Source: Mobula hypostoma (taxonomy: Eukaryota). Taken from it: a stretch of DNA of 64,000 nucleotides. Of the stretch, positions 1-12,659 are shown piece after piece. Positions within the stretch are counted from its first letter, which is position 1. Every line of letters starts with the position of its first letter. A program made the position numbers and the translations under genes. The DNA lies in contig NC_086097.1 of NCBI RefSeq assembly GCF_963921235.1, positions 143,780,001-143,844,000 of the forward strand, written 5' to 3'. The notes under the pieces are model-generated. The model saw nothing but the letters and a program-made list of their open reading frames with translations. It searched no databases and was not told where the DNA came from.

Positions 1-508
1 AGGGCCCATCAAAGGTCACCAAATTTTCCCATAATGCTCCAGCTGCATTATACAGTGCTGCTTCCTCCTCCAACTTCATCTGGTAATCCATGGTCCCTTG
101 TAGCTTCTGCAATTTAACAAGCTCTGGGGAAGATCTGGAGTGTCCCTGGTCTGGCCCTCACACACAAACCATTTCCCTGCTTTTTTGGAATGGAATAAAA
201 ACAGTACAACCATTTGAAATGCAAACACAGGCTTCAACTAATATTGGAAAGTATTTTATATGGGGGTGGCTTAAGTTAAGCTTGTGTATGTTGGGAAATT
301 GTCTGCACAGCATGTGGTGAAATCATGAGTCTTGTGGTAGTTTTGAGGGGGAAATTATCAACTGCAATATTATCCTGAGAGGTAAAAAAATATACATCAA
401 AAGAATATAGATCCTAATGAATAATAGAATAATTAATAATAAAAATGAGTTGCTGTAGAAAAAGTCCTGAAAAGACCAGTATGAATAAGTTGGGGAAAAA
501 ATTATACA

Positions 509-525
509 GTGACACCTGGTGGCTA
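509..525 (-). promoter_or_regulatory. Possible CTCF site
   Basis: Minus strand reads TAGCCACCAGGTGTCAC, resembling the CTCF core CCACCAGGTGGCG. Motif match only. Confidence 0.3.
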
Positions 526-686
526 AGGCTTTTAATTACAAAGCGCTCAGCAAATGACAGAATATTCCAATTTCAAATATTCAAGCAGGATTTATCTCCC
601 CTTGCCTGTTTTATTTGAGCATTATTTAGATAATAACACGTAATGCTGAATAAAAACTTGTTATTCACAGTACCTGGCAACCAGAA

Positions 687-873
687 ATGGAGATACCATG
701 TCCAAAGAAAATTCAGGTCCTGAATGTTCCCACGATCTTTCCTGAGCAGAAGACAGTGAATAAACTGACCATGCATTTCCAGAAGCGAACCAATGGAGGA
801 GGTGAAGTGCTGGATGTGAAATATCCAACTAGTGTGGAAGGATGTGCGTTCGTCATGTTTGTGAAAGAGGAAG
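687..873 (+). CDS. rbm43: RBM43-like protein, first coding exon (N-terminal RRM/NID-type domain)
   Basis: Translates MEIPCPKKIQVLNVPTIFPEQKTVNKLTMHFQKRTNGGGEVLDVKYPTSVEGCAFVMFVKEE, matching the RBM43/PARP14/NMI-type pattern HFQ..N.GG.V..V.YP....G.A.V.F. Acceptor ttcacag ends at 670; phase-1 donor G|gtacat at 873/874. Confidence 0.75.
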
Positions 874-1489
874 GTACATGAGTTAACATCTGAGATGAAA
901 TGATGCTTTGTTAGTATTTAGCATTTTAAGGTTATTTTTATTTCATGAGCTTAGCCATCAACTGTTTGACACAAGGCACACCCAAGGTACTATTGGGTGC
1001 CTGAACTCAATGGCTCAATGAGACGATTATAAAAATGTGGGACTTTATACCAGTGTCACACCAATAAGGTGTTTAAAGAGAATTGAAAGTGGCACCAGAG
1101 GCAGGGAGGATCGTTTCAGGAGGGGAACCACTGGAGGGCTGGTTATTGTCAGCAGAAGTGAGATTGGAAAGCAGAATTTTGATGGAAACTGGACTGTGGA
1201 GTTACAAGGGGCAAGAAAGCAGAAGCCAGAGATTGAGGCAGAGAGAAGATAGGATTATATGATACGGGAATAAAACACACTTTTTTTTTTAAACAGGAGC
1301 TTAGAATGAGCTCTCTCAATGCATCTGACTCAGATAAATACAAGTTTAAAATCCTACCTTGTTGCTTTTGTTCTGTTGATACACTGCAGGCAGCAAACTG
1401 ATAAACTATTGGGTCCATCCAGCACTGTGATTGATAATGGTGCCCATTAATGTCTGTTGCCTGTGTCCTAAATGATTTCTTTCTTGCAG

Positions 1490-1599
1490 ATGCGAATAAT
1501 GTCCTGAAGCATGAACAAAAACTGATGATAGATAAAGAGGAGTACACACTGAAGGTATGCGAGGTGGGAAGTGGAGAGAATGCCACTGATAAAGTACAG
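1490..1599 (+). CDS. rbm43: RBM43-like protein, second coding exon
   Basis: Acceptor tttctttcttgcag|AT completes the phase-1 codon (D). Reads DANNVLKHEQKLMIDKEEYTLKVCEVGSGENATDKVQ, then phase-0 donor CAG|gtatgt. Confidence 0.75.
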
Positions 1600-1835
1600 G
1601 TATGTATTTTGGGAGAGAATTCAATTTCTGCCCACCTCCAAAAGACGATCTAGTGAGTGTTAGATCATTCCACAGCTGGCTTCCCTGTACTTATAGTAGT
1701 AAGTAGTAAGGGCAGGAGTTGACCATTCAATCACTCTGCCATTCAGCAAGATCATATCTGATTTTCTGCCTCAGCTTCACATTGTCAGCCTAAGTACATA
1801 TTGCCTGAAACAAAAAAAACAGTTCAGCAGAGGAA

Positions 1836-2073
1836 CACACATCAAAGTTGCTGGTGAACGCAGCAGGCCAGGCAGCATCTGTAGGAAGAGGTGCAGTCGA
1901 CGTTTCAGGCCGAGACCCTTCGGAAGCTTCCTTCAGTTAGTCCTGACGAAGGGTCTCGGCCTGAAACGTCGACTGCACCTCTTCCTACGGATGCTGCCTG
2001 GCCTGCTGTGTTCACCAGCAACTTTGATGTGTCTTGCTTGAATTTCCAGCATCTGCAGAATTCCTGTTGTTTG
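1836..2073 (+). mobile_element. Penelope-like element (PLE) pLTR foldback insertion
   Basis: Inverted arms 1834-1922 and 1947-2035; TSD AGTTCAGCAGAGGAA at 1821-1835 and 2074-2088; same sequence as the pLTR following the GIY-YIG ORF end at 24339-24925. Confidence 0.85.
1939..1974 (+). ncRNA. Minimal type I hammerhead ribozyme (PLE-associated)
   Basis: AGTC-CTGACGA-AGGGTCTCGGCCT-GAAAC-GTC-GACT: stem I AGTC/GACT, core CUGANGA and GAAA, short stem II, palindromic ACGT in place of stem III. Predicted cut after C1970. Confidence 0.8.
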
Positions 2074-2409
2074 AGTTCAGCAGAGGAATGGTTCTTTCAG
2101 ACCGTCATTTCAATGCCAGCCAGGATATCATTCGAAATGAGTCCCACCTGCATGCACAACATCCAGATCTACCTCTGTCTGTTCATTTGTCTGTTTAAGT
2201 GCCTCTTCAATGTTCCTATCAAAACTGCTTCTACCAACTCCCCTGGGAGTGCGTACCACTCTGTTTGAAAAATGAATTTGCCTCATACATCTCCATTAAA
2301 CTTTTACCCTCATACCTTAAACTTATATCCTCCTATATTTTACATTTCTACTCTGACTCCCCACCTTGTATATGCCTGTCATAACTTTATATACTGATAC
2401 TGATTACCC

Positions 2410-5085
2410 TTTCACCAGGACCTAGGCAATATCCTTGTAAACCTCTTCTGCATCCTCTCCAAAGCCTCCATATTCTTCCAATAGCATGGTCTTCTTGTTT
2501 TAGGCTCCCCCTACCTCCACCTTATCTATAATGTTCATTGTTTTATATACCGCTATGATGTATTCCTCTGCCTCCTGTGTGCCAGGGAGCAAAATCCCAT
2601 CCTATACAGTCCATCCTTGTAATTCAAGTTTCCAATCCTGATAACTTTCTCATGAATCTTTTCTGCATTCTTTCCAGTTTAATGACATCTTCCTTTAGCT
2701 GGGTCACCAGAACTGTGCACAATACTTTAGATACGATCTCTCCAATGACTTGTGCAGTTGCAACATGACCTCACAGCTCAGTGACCTGACCGATGAAAGC
2801 AAACATACCAATGCCTTGTTCGCTATCCCATTCACCCCGTCTCTGTTTCAGGGAACTGTGTACCCGTACGCCTTGATTTCTCTGTTCTGCAACACTCTCT
2901 AGAACACTACCGTTCACTGTGCAAGTCCTGCCCTGGTTTCAATTCATCTATGTTAAATTCCAGAAGTGATTCCGTAACCCACTTCCCCAGTTAAAGTAGA
3001 ACCTGTTGTAATCTTAGATAACCGTATCCAATTTTGATGTCATCCACAGTCTTACTAACCAGGTCAACAACATTGTCATCCAAGTCATTTACATAGATGA
3101 CAAAAACACAAATGGTATAGCATCGTACCAATCTGAATAACAGTCCTTAACTACCACCTTCTGTCTCTTTCTACCAAGCCAATTTGGTATCCAGTTGACA
3201 AACTCAACCTGGATCCCATGCAACCTAACCTTTCAGACTAGCCTGCCATAAGGGACTTTGTCAAACACCTTGCTGAACTCCATGTAGACAGTATCGACTG
3301 CCCTACCCTCATCAAAATCCTCAGTCAATTTTGAGAGGTATGATTTTTCCCCATACAAAGACATGCTGACTATCCCTTATCAAACCTTGCTTTTCCAAAT
3401 GCTGGGAGATCTTGTTCCTCAGAATCTCATCCTTCAGTCTTCCAGTATCTCACTTGTGGCTAAAGCTGATGCCAGTATCTCTACTGGAATTCTTAAATTT
3501 TCTTCCTTGGGATGTCACAATGTCCTACAATGCACTTGATCAGGCCCTGGTGATTTATCTATCTTAGTATACCTTAAGGCCAGCAGCACCTCCTCAGTTG
3601 AAATGTGGATATGTTCCCATAGATAACTATTTATTCCCTTTAATTCCCTAATTTCTATTACTTTCTCCATGATAAATCATCATCATCATGTGCCATTTTG
3701 TATGACGTGGGTGATCATGGTCTGATGACCATGATTGTTCTTGTCAAATTTTTCTACAGCAGTGGTTTGCCATTGCCTTCTCCTAGGCAGTGTCTTTACA
3801 AGATGGGTGACCCTAGTCATTATCAATACTCTTCAGAGAGTGTCTGTCTGGCGTCAGTGGTCACATAACCAGGACTTGTGGTGTGCACCAGCTGCTCATA
3901 CAACCATCCACTACCTGCTCCCATGGCTTCACATGACCTTGATCGGGGGGGCTAAGCAGATGCTACACCTTGCCTAAGGGTGACCCTCAGACTAGTAGAG
4001 GGAAGGAGTGCCTTACAGCTCCTTTTGTACAGACATATCAACACCTCGCCACCCCTTCATGATAAATACAAATGATAAATATTCACTTAACATCTCATTC
4101 ATCTCCTGTCATTCTACACATGGCAACCATGTTGATCCATAAGGGGCCTATTCTTTTCCTAGATAACATTTTGCTTTTAATATATCTGTGGAATCTCTTA
4201 GGATTCTCCTCTACCATATTTACTAAAGCTATCTTTTGCCTTTCTAATTTCCCACTTCTACATCTCTTATACTCCTCAAGGAAATTCATGATCCCAGCTG
4301 TCCAAATACGACTATAGCTTTTTCCATTCAGAGCTTTAATATCCCTTGTCAACCAGGGTTCCCTAATCCTGCCAGCCTTACCCTTCACCCTAATGAGACT
4401 AAGCTGTCCCGGAACTCTCCCTATCTCACTTTTAAAAACCTCTCACTCACTAAATACCCCTTTACTAGTAAACAGTCTCTTCACAGTTAATCTTTTCACG
4501 TTCCTGTCAAATGTCTTCAAAATTTGCTTGGGCCTAATTTGTGTTTTTAATCAATGGACCATACCTATGCTTTTCCCTAACTACTTTAAACATAATAGAA
4601 TTATGCTCACTGGCCCAAAGTGCTTTCCCGCTGATATTATTGTCTCTTACGTAGCCTCATTTCTCAGCTGGAGGTTGAAGTTTGCCCCTCTCTAGTAGGG
4701 CCCAGCTACGCACTGTTTGGGAAAACTTTCCTGGACATTTAATATATTCAGCCCCACCCAAGCTCCTTGTACTGCAGCTGACCCATCATAGCTGTTCCAT
4801 TTTGTTAAAAGAAGTTGAAATCATCCACTGTTACAACCTCATTAATCTTAGATCTATCTGCAGTCTCCCAACATACTTGTTCCTCTAAGTCCTGCTGACT
4901 ATTGGGACACTTAAAGTGCAATCTCATGAAATTGATCATCCCCTCCTTAGTTCTAAGTTCTACCCTGGAAGTTCCATGTCCAGTCTCAGTGGACGATTCC
5001 CCAGTAATATCGTCCCTGACTACCGCTGTGATGTTCTCCCTAATCAAAAATACCATTTTCTCTGTTCCTTACCTCCACCTGTAGA
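2410..5085 (-). mobile_element. Decayed CR1 LINE (EN/RT remnants) interrupted by a SINE-like insert; boundaries approximate
   Basis: Minus-strand fragments such as REPWLTRDIKAL, ENPKRFHRYIKSK and LIRENITAVVRDDI are typical of CR1 ORF2. Confidence 0.7.
3678..4057 (-). mobile_element. RTE-type SINE or 3' fragment with (ATG)n tail
   Basis: TSD CATGATAAAT at 3668-3677 and 4058-4067; (CAT)n end; RTE-like 3' motif agtggtttgccattgccttct. Confidence 0.7.
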
Positions 5086-5332
5086 ACACCTGTAGCATTG
5101 GGAAAATGGAATTCAATGGAAATGTTACAAAAAGAAGAAATCTAATCAATATTTTCTCCTCATTGTGGAGAAGACTACTTTGTGAAAGGAAAAGACAGTC
5201 TACAAAGTTGGTGGAGGCAGAAATGAATCTCCCTAGTACTGCTTGATGGGAGTCCTAGAGCTTTTGGCAGTGGGAAGGGAGGTGGGGAAGAGGCAGATGG
5301 TGCTCATTATATGTTCCCTTTTGATTTATCAG

Positions 5333-5572
5333 GTGATAGAGTTTGTGATTGCAAAACTGGACACAGGCCGCTTTCCCACAGGGATGGTTCACAACTTAAT
5401 CCGCAAACACAAATTTGAAATTGTGAGTTACCATGGGTCCGTTGCTAAGATCAAAGGCACTTTCTCCTCTTTAAAAGAACTTCGGGAAATCCTTATGAAA
5501 TACTATGAATATCTTCAAACAGTAACTCCAGTGACTGATTCTGGGCAATCGACTGACAGCAGGGAGCTCTAA
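5333..5572 (+). CDS. rbm43: RBM43-like protein, third coding exon ending in TAA
   Basis: Acceptor cccttttgatttatcag|GTG in phase 0. Reads VIEFVIAKLDTGRFP...KIKGTFSSLKELREIL...SREL*. The spliced ORF is 537 nt (178 aa plus stop). Confidence 0.65.
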   Translation: MIEFVIAKLDTGRFPTGMVHNLIRKHKFEIVSYHGSVAKIKGTFSSLKELREILMKYYEYLQTVTPVTDSGQSTDSREL

Positions 5573-5836
5573 AGAGATCTTGGTACGTCTCTGCCACCTG
5601 GACGTTTTCAGTAATTACAGGTAACTACAGTAGGCTCTAGTACAAGCTTGGATTCGTTAACACCCAGAGAGGTTGGTGAATACTGCATTTGCCATATCAC
5701 CTGAAATTTAAAGTCAAACAATACAATTCTGGGTAATCTTTTTCCTAAAAGCAACATTTTCCCTTAACTTTGGTTTCATCCTCATCTGATAATTGATTTA
5801 TTATTATCACATGTACCAAGATACAGTGAAAAGTTA

Positions 5837-6292
5837 AGCCCAATTTATACTTCTGCATCAAATGTACGCCGTAGGGTGATGTGTACCTCCCCAAAAATGT
5901 AACTCACACGTCGCAGCGACGCAGATCGCAACAACTGCGATTGGTCCGCTTGGTAGCATCGCAATTCCTCCTACGCATTTCCGGTTGCTTCTCTCCGCCA
6001 TGTCTGTACACTGATGCGAAATAAGTGGTTGGAGACGATGAACCAAATCATCAAATCTACCTGCCGACATCCGAAAATATTTGAAATGCATTTCCTCGTC
6101 CATGTCTCTCACGAAGAATCTCAACACAGTGGCATAGAAACCCCACCGCCAAATAGCGTTTTGGTGGTGAATTGCAGAGTGACGCAGACACAACTATGCA
6201 TGCTCGCTATGGCGTAGGGCTACATAAAAGTATAAATCAGGCCTACGGCATAGGCTACGGTGTAGCCCGTATGAACAAGTATAAATTAGCCT
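5837..6292 (-). mobile_element. Non-autonomous PIF/Harbinger DNA transposon
   Basis: Imperfect TIRs AGCCCAATTTATACTT and AAGTATAAATTAGCCT; 3-bp TTA TSD at 5834-5836 and 6293-6295; internal transposase scrap [27 protein letters not shown]. Confidence 0.85.
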
Positions 6293-6413
6293 TTAGTCTA
6301 TACAGATCAAATCACAGGACATAGAACTAGAACAACTTAAAACAATATCAATGCAGAATAAAGTGTAAAAGCTACTGAAAAAGGGCACTGCAAGTACACG
6401 ATAAAGTGCAAGA

Positions 6414-6546
6414 TCCTGACGAAGGGTCTTGGCCTGAAACGTCGACTGCACCTCTTCCTACAGATGCTGCTTGGCCTGCTGCGTTCACCAGCAACTTTGA
6501 TGTGTGTTGCTTGAAATTCCAGCATCTGCAGAATTCCTGTTGTTTT
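6414..6546 (+). mobile_element. PLE pLTR 3' fragment beginning at the hammerhead core
   Basis: TC-CTGACGA-AGGGTCTTGGCCT-GAAAC-GTC-GACT followed by the same tail as 1975-2073; flanked by a caagatc duplication. Confidence 0.8.
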
Positions 6547-8725
6547 TGTTCAAGATCATAATGTGGTAGATTGTGACTGTTGCATGGAGTCCATTTGTCA
6601 AATTTGAAAGTTCAATGTAAATTTACTACCAAAATACATATACAGTAGTGCAAGGTTAAAAGATTACTTTTTTTTCCAATGTTTCCATTTAATTCCATTT
6701 TCCCAATAGTGCAATACATACTGTACAGTATTTTACCTGTATACTACCTTGAGATTCATTTTCTTGCAGGCATTTACAGGAAGAAATATAATATAGCATT
6801 TACAATAAACAATAACTGTCAAACAACCTATGTTAAAAAGAAGACAAACTGTGCCAACAAAAAAAAATATTGAGAACATGAATTGTAAAGAGAGCTTGGA
6901 AAGTGAGACCGTAGGTCTGTGGATTGTAGAATCAGTTCAGAGTAGTGGTGATTGAAGTTATTCATGCCAGTTCAGGAGCCTGATGGTTTTAGGGTAATAA
7001 CTGTTGCTGAACCTGGTAATGTGGGACTTAAGGCTTCTGTACCTTCTTCCCGATGGTGGTAGTGAGTAGAGGGCATGGCCTAAATTCAAGAGTCTGGTAA
7101 TGGTGGGAGAGAAGCTGTCCTTGAGCTTGATGGCATGCACTTGCAGGCATTTTTTGTACCAGTAACTAATGTCAACAGGACTGGGAATGTACTTTCAGAG
7201 GCATTTGTGATCTTCAGAGTGCAAGGGATAAAGCAGCCTTTCTGATAGTAGCAGCAATCTGTCTTAAAGTGGATAAAGAAGTCCATAAATAAATTCTCAT
7301 CTGGCCCAGTTGTTCATTCCGAAGTGCACAAAGGTTTGAGGCAGACGTGTACAAATATGTATACAAGGGCTTGGGCTGCTTGATGTGTCATTTCAGAGTG
7401 TTTAATGATTGGAAAAGAGGTGTAAAGTTGGATCATGAGAGGGTCATAAGTTTGGGTGGAGTGGATGTAGGCTGGAGGTTGGTAGTGTGAAGGAAATTGT
7501 ATTATCCTGTAGGAATGATGGTTATCCCTGTACGTTAAAGGGCTGCTACTCAAGTCAGTTCCCACTGCTGCTTGAGATCTACTCATGGAGGTCCCCTTCA
7601 GTCATACAAAAACCAGTGGCAAATGTTGTGAAGCTTTGCTGCTACGGAAGTGAGGTGCAAACCACTCCATCTTAAGCAAAAATCCTGGAGATGGTCTCCA
7701 GATGTGTTGTACACATCTTTGAATGATACCAACTTTGGCTGGGCTTTTGACTTTTGTGCAACAGACACACCAAGGAACTTGGAGTTAAAATTTGTAACTT
7801 TGTCACCCCACTACAGGAAGGATGTGAAGGCTTTGGAGAGCTGGCGGTAGAGGTTCACCAAGAGGCTGCCTGGATTATAGTATTAGCTATAAGTATAGGT
7901 TGTATAAACTTGAGTTTTTTTTTCTAGATTGTTGGAGGCTAAGAGACAATTTGATAAAGGTTTATAAAATTATGAGAAGTGTATATAGAATAGATAGCCA
8001 GAGTCTTTTTCCCAGGCAAAAATATGAAATACCAGAGGATATCATCTGTGTGCACCCCACCCCAACTCATGAAGTTCCACCTATCACTTACCAACCTCTG
8101 TTGCACCCTTACCTTTCACTACTTTAAATTGGCTATCTTCTCGCTGCACTCTCAGTCGTGATGCAAGGTCTTGACCTGAAAAGCCAGCCATCCCTTTGTC
8201 TCCACAAATGTTGCTGAGATCCTCCAGCAGTTTATTTTATGTGCGGTGATCCAGCGGGAGCCAGGCAGAGATCTTAATGAGGGGCTGACGGTTGAAGAGG
8301 ATCCGCTGGATGTATTGTGTCTTCCGCATTGATGATCTTGGAGCAGACTGTCTGAATTTCAGATTATATTTCTTCACAGTAAAAGAAAAGCAACTGCTAT
8401 AGTTACCTGCTCTGTCTACAGAAATGCTTTGTGACTTCAAAAATATGCTATCACCCAAGCTGTCTGAAGCAGTCTTCATGAGATCTGAAGGAGCCTGAAG
8501 GGAAAGTAATAATGATTATGTCTTGATACTCTCACTACCAGGCAATGGAATTCTAAAAATGAAACAAATCCTATATTTCAATATCTGTGCATATGTATAA
8601 TTACCTATGAATAATAAAAACATAAAAATTAAGATTGTTTTGAAAGACAAATTTTTGTTGAAGTGTTTAGAACCATTTTCTTGAACCACTGCACACCTGG
8701 CAACATTAATCCTCTTGTACCATGG

Positions 8726-8925
8726 AGACACAAGAGACTGCAGATGCTGGAAATCTGGAGCAACACACAAAAAATGCTGAGGGATCTCAACAGGTCAGGC
8801 AGCATCTATGGAGGGAAATGAACAGCCGAGGTTTCTGATGAAGGGTCTCGGCCTGAAATGCTGACTGCTCCTTTCCCTTCATAGATGCTGCCTGAGCTGC
8901 TGAGTTCCTCCAGCATCTTATGTTG
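8726..8925. mobile_element. Older PLE pLTR foldback with degenerate hammerhead
   Basis: Inverted arms; CTGATGA-AGGGTCTCGGCCT-GAAAT starts at 8835. Confidence 0.7.
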
Positions 8926-9081
8926 GATCCCTTAGCACCACCGGACAAGGTGTTTGACGACGCCAAAGCTCTTGGCAATAGGATAAAATGGTTCATCTGG
9001 TTGCTTTGCGATCTATTTCCAGATCTTTCAATTAGGATCACACATGTGATCACACTATTAATCAATAAAATTGCTTCCCTC

Positions 9082-12000
9082 TTTTTTTTTAAAGAGGCAC
9101 ATGCAAAAAACTCCAACTAGATATAAAGATGTGTCTCTCTCTCAAAGTTAAACATAACAATAAAAGTAATGATACATAGAGATTGGGATTAACGTGCACA
9201 AAAAACAAACAAACAAAGCTTGGGCTGTCATATTACCTGGGCTAAAATTACTTGTCGTTAACTCTGCTCCTCTATACATGAACAAAAAAAAATACTAGAA
9301 AGGATTCAGAAAGGGTCAACTTACATCGTATGAAAATATTGAATAAATGGCCTCCAAGTTTCTTCAAATTTAACGGAAGGATCCATAGTACCACTCCTAA
9401 TTTTTTCCAAGTTTAGGCATGCTATTGTTTGGGAAAACCATTGAAATGTAGTGGGGGAATTAGAATCTTTCCATTTAAATAAAATGGATCTTCTGGCTAT
9501 TAATGTAACAAATGCAATTAGACGACAAGCTGACATGGATAAATGACTAGCATCTATCACTGGTAGTCCAAAATTTGCAGTAATAGGATGAGGTTGTAAA
9601 TCAATACGCAGAACTGCTGAAATAATATCAAAAATATCTTTCCAATATTTTTCTAAAAGAGGGCAAGACCAGAACATGTGTCAAGGAAGCTACCTGAGAA
9701 TTACATCTATCACAAATAGGATTTATGTGGCAATAAAAACGAGCTAACTTATCCTTGGACATGTGAGCCTCGTGAACCAGTGTAAACTGTATCAAGGCGT
9801 GTCCGGCACACTTTGAAGAAGTATTGACTAATTGAAGAATTTTTTCCCATTTCTCTGTAGATAAAGATATTTGGAGTTCTCTTTCCCACTCATACTTAAT
9901 TTTATCAGATGTACCTAGACATATTTTCGTAATCAGATCATAAATAATTGCTATTAGACTCTTCTGAAAGGGGTTTAAACTTAACATTTTTTCTGTAACT
10001 TCAATTTGATGTGATATCGGAAAGGTAGATAAAGTAGTGTTCAAAAAGTCTCTAATCTGTAAATATCTGAAAAAGTGTGATCTAGGCAAATTATATTTAT
10101 TAGACAACTGTTCAAAAGACATAAAACAGTCATCCATGAATAAATCACGAAAACATGTTATTCCCTTTGTTTTCCATAGAAAGAAAGTTTGGTCAATTCT
10201 AGATGGTTGAAAGAAAAAATTAGATATAATAGAACTTGACAGGATAAATTTGTTCAATCCAAAGAATTTATGAAATTGAAACCATATTCGTATTGCACAT
10301 TTAATTATTGGATTTATCATTTGTTTATTTAATTTAGTAATTGCAAAGGGAAGCGCAGCTCCTAGAATAGAAGCCAGCGAAAACCCCTGTACAGACTCCC
10401 ACTTGAGGTTCATCCATTGTGGACTTTGAGTTTCATCCAATTCTTGTGTCCAAAACGTTAAATATCAAATGTTAATTGCCCAGTAGTAAAATCTAAGATT
10501 CTGCAAAGCCAAACCACCTTTTTTTTGATTTCTGTAAATATTTCTTACTTAACCTGGGATTTCTATTCTGCCATATATATGAAGAAATATTAGAATCAAT
10601 AATATCAAAAGAAGATTTAGGGATAAAAATTGATACCGCCTGAAATGGATGCAAAAAATTTAGGTAAAACAATCATCTTAATAGTATTAGTTCGACCAAT
10701 CAAAGATAAGGACAAAGGGGACCATTTAGTAAACAGTTGTTTAACATTATCGATTAAGGCTAAAAAATTAATTTAAAGTAGATCCTTGTGCTCCTTAGTA
10801 ATTTTAACACCCAAATAAGTAAAATAATCGGTAACTAATCTAAATGGTGATTGTCTATAAATTGGAACTTGCATATTTAATGAGAAAAGCACACACCTAT
10901 TAAGATTCAATTTATAACCAGAAGAACTACTAAGCTGAGCAAATAATGTTATTACTGCAGGGGTGGATTTCTCTGAGTTAGAGATATATAGTAACAGGTC
11001 ATCTGCATATAGTGATACTTCATGCTTCCCATTCCCATGAATAATACCAAATATATTAGGTGAGTCACGAATAGCAATTGCCAAAGGCTCCAGGGCAATA
11101 TCAAAAAGTAAGGGACTTAAAGGACAGCCCTGTCTAGTACCTCAAAAAAGCCTAAAAAACGGGGATCTCTGATTATTGGTAAATACAGCAGCCAGAGTGT
11201 ACAATCTATCAGTTGAATCCAGGATATAAATTTTGAGCTGAAATTAAATTTCTCAAGTATATCAAATAAATATTCCCATTCAAGTCCATCAACTGCCTTC
11301 TCGGCGTCAAGTGAAATAACACATTCTAGGGTTTTAACTGATGTAGCGTATACAATGTTCAGTAGTCTCCTAACTTTAAAATATGGATAATGATTTTTAA
11401 TAAATCCTGTCTGATCTTCAGAGACAATTTGTGGTAGTACCTTCTCTAGTCTAATTGCTAATATTTTGGAAAAAATTTTAGAATCCGCATTCAACAAAGA
11501 TATAGGTCTATATGATGCACATTCAGTGGGATCTTTATCTTTTTTAGGAATTAATGAGATAGTTGCTTCATAAAAGTATTGTGGTAATTTACCTACAGAT
11601 AAGGCATCTTTAAAAATTCTACATCACCAGGGAGAAAGTACATCTGAAAAGAATTTATAAAATTCAACAGTATACCCATTTGGGCCAGGTGCTTTACCAG
11701 AATTCATTAAAAGAATTGAAATTTATTAATTTCATCATGGTCAATCGTCAAATTACCATCCTATCTACCAACTTGATTAGTCTGACGTTTCACCAAAGCA
11801 GCTTTCAATTGATCAGCCAGTAATTTGCCCGACTTATCACCACGAATGTAAAATTGACTCTTAGTAATTGATTTTCAATTGGACCTGTTAATAACAAACT
11901 ATGTTGCACCTGAAGTTCAACTCTCTGTTTGTAAAGCTCCAAATTAGGAGCAATGGAATTTTTTAAATCAATTTCTTTAATCTTATCAACCAACCTACGT

Positions 12001-12658
12001 ATTTCACTATTAATATGTTTTTCACTCCAGCCGAGTATGAAATAATTTGCCCGCGAATATATGCTTTAAAGGTATCCTATAATATCCCACTGGAAATTTC
12101 TTCTGTTGAGTTAGATGAAAAGAAAAATGCAATCTGTTCTTTAATAAAATTATCAAAATTTAAATCTTGAAGCAAAGTAGAATTGAACCACCATTGTCTA
12201 GTACTAAAAATTGCATCTGTAAATTTAATTGATAATTTCAAAGGCGCATGGTCGGAAACGGCGATTGTATCATACTCACAGGTAGCGACAAATGAAACTA
12301 ATCGAGAGTCAATAAAAAAGTAATCGATTCTAGAGTAATTATGATATACCTGAGAAAAGAAAGAGAAGTCTTTATCATTAGGATATAGAAATCTCCAAAT
12401 GTCTAAAATTCCCGAGTCAACTAAAAAGGAATTAATAAAAATAGCAGATTTGTTTGGAAGAGCCTGTTTGGACGTAGACCTATCCATCATAGGATTCAAA
12501 CAACAATTAAAATCACCGCCCATCAATAACATTTAAATTAGGAAGAGATGCAAATACGTGTTTAAAAAATTCAGGACAATCAATATTTGGTGCATAAACA
12601 TTAACCAAAACTACTTTTTGGTTATAAAGTAAACTAGTAATTAATAGAAATCTACCAT
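9082..12658 (-). mobile_element. L1-clade LINE, 5'-truncated and frameshifted ORF2
   Basis: APE motifs GGDFN, SRIDYF and SDHAP (12077-12532); RT motifs LNADSKIFSKILA, DQTGF, SLDAEKA and SLYADDLL; C-terminal CDRC...LTH.FWSCP knuckle. Confidence 0.9.
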
Positions 12659-12659
12659 A

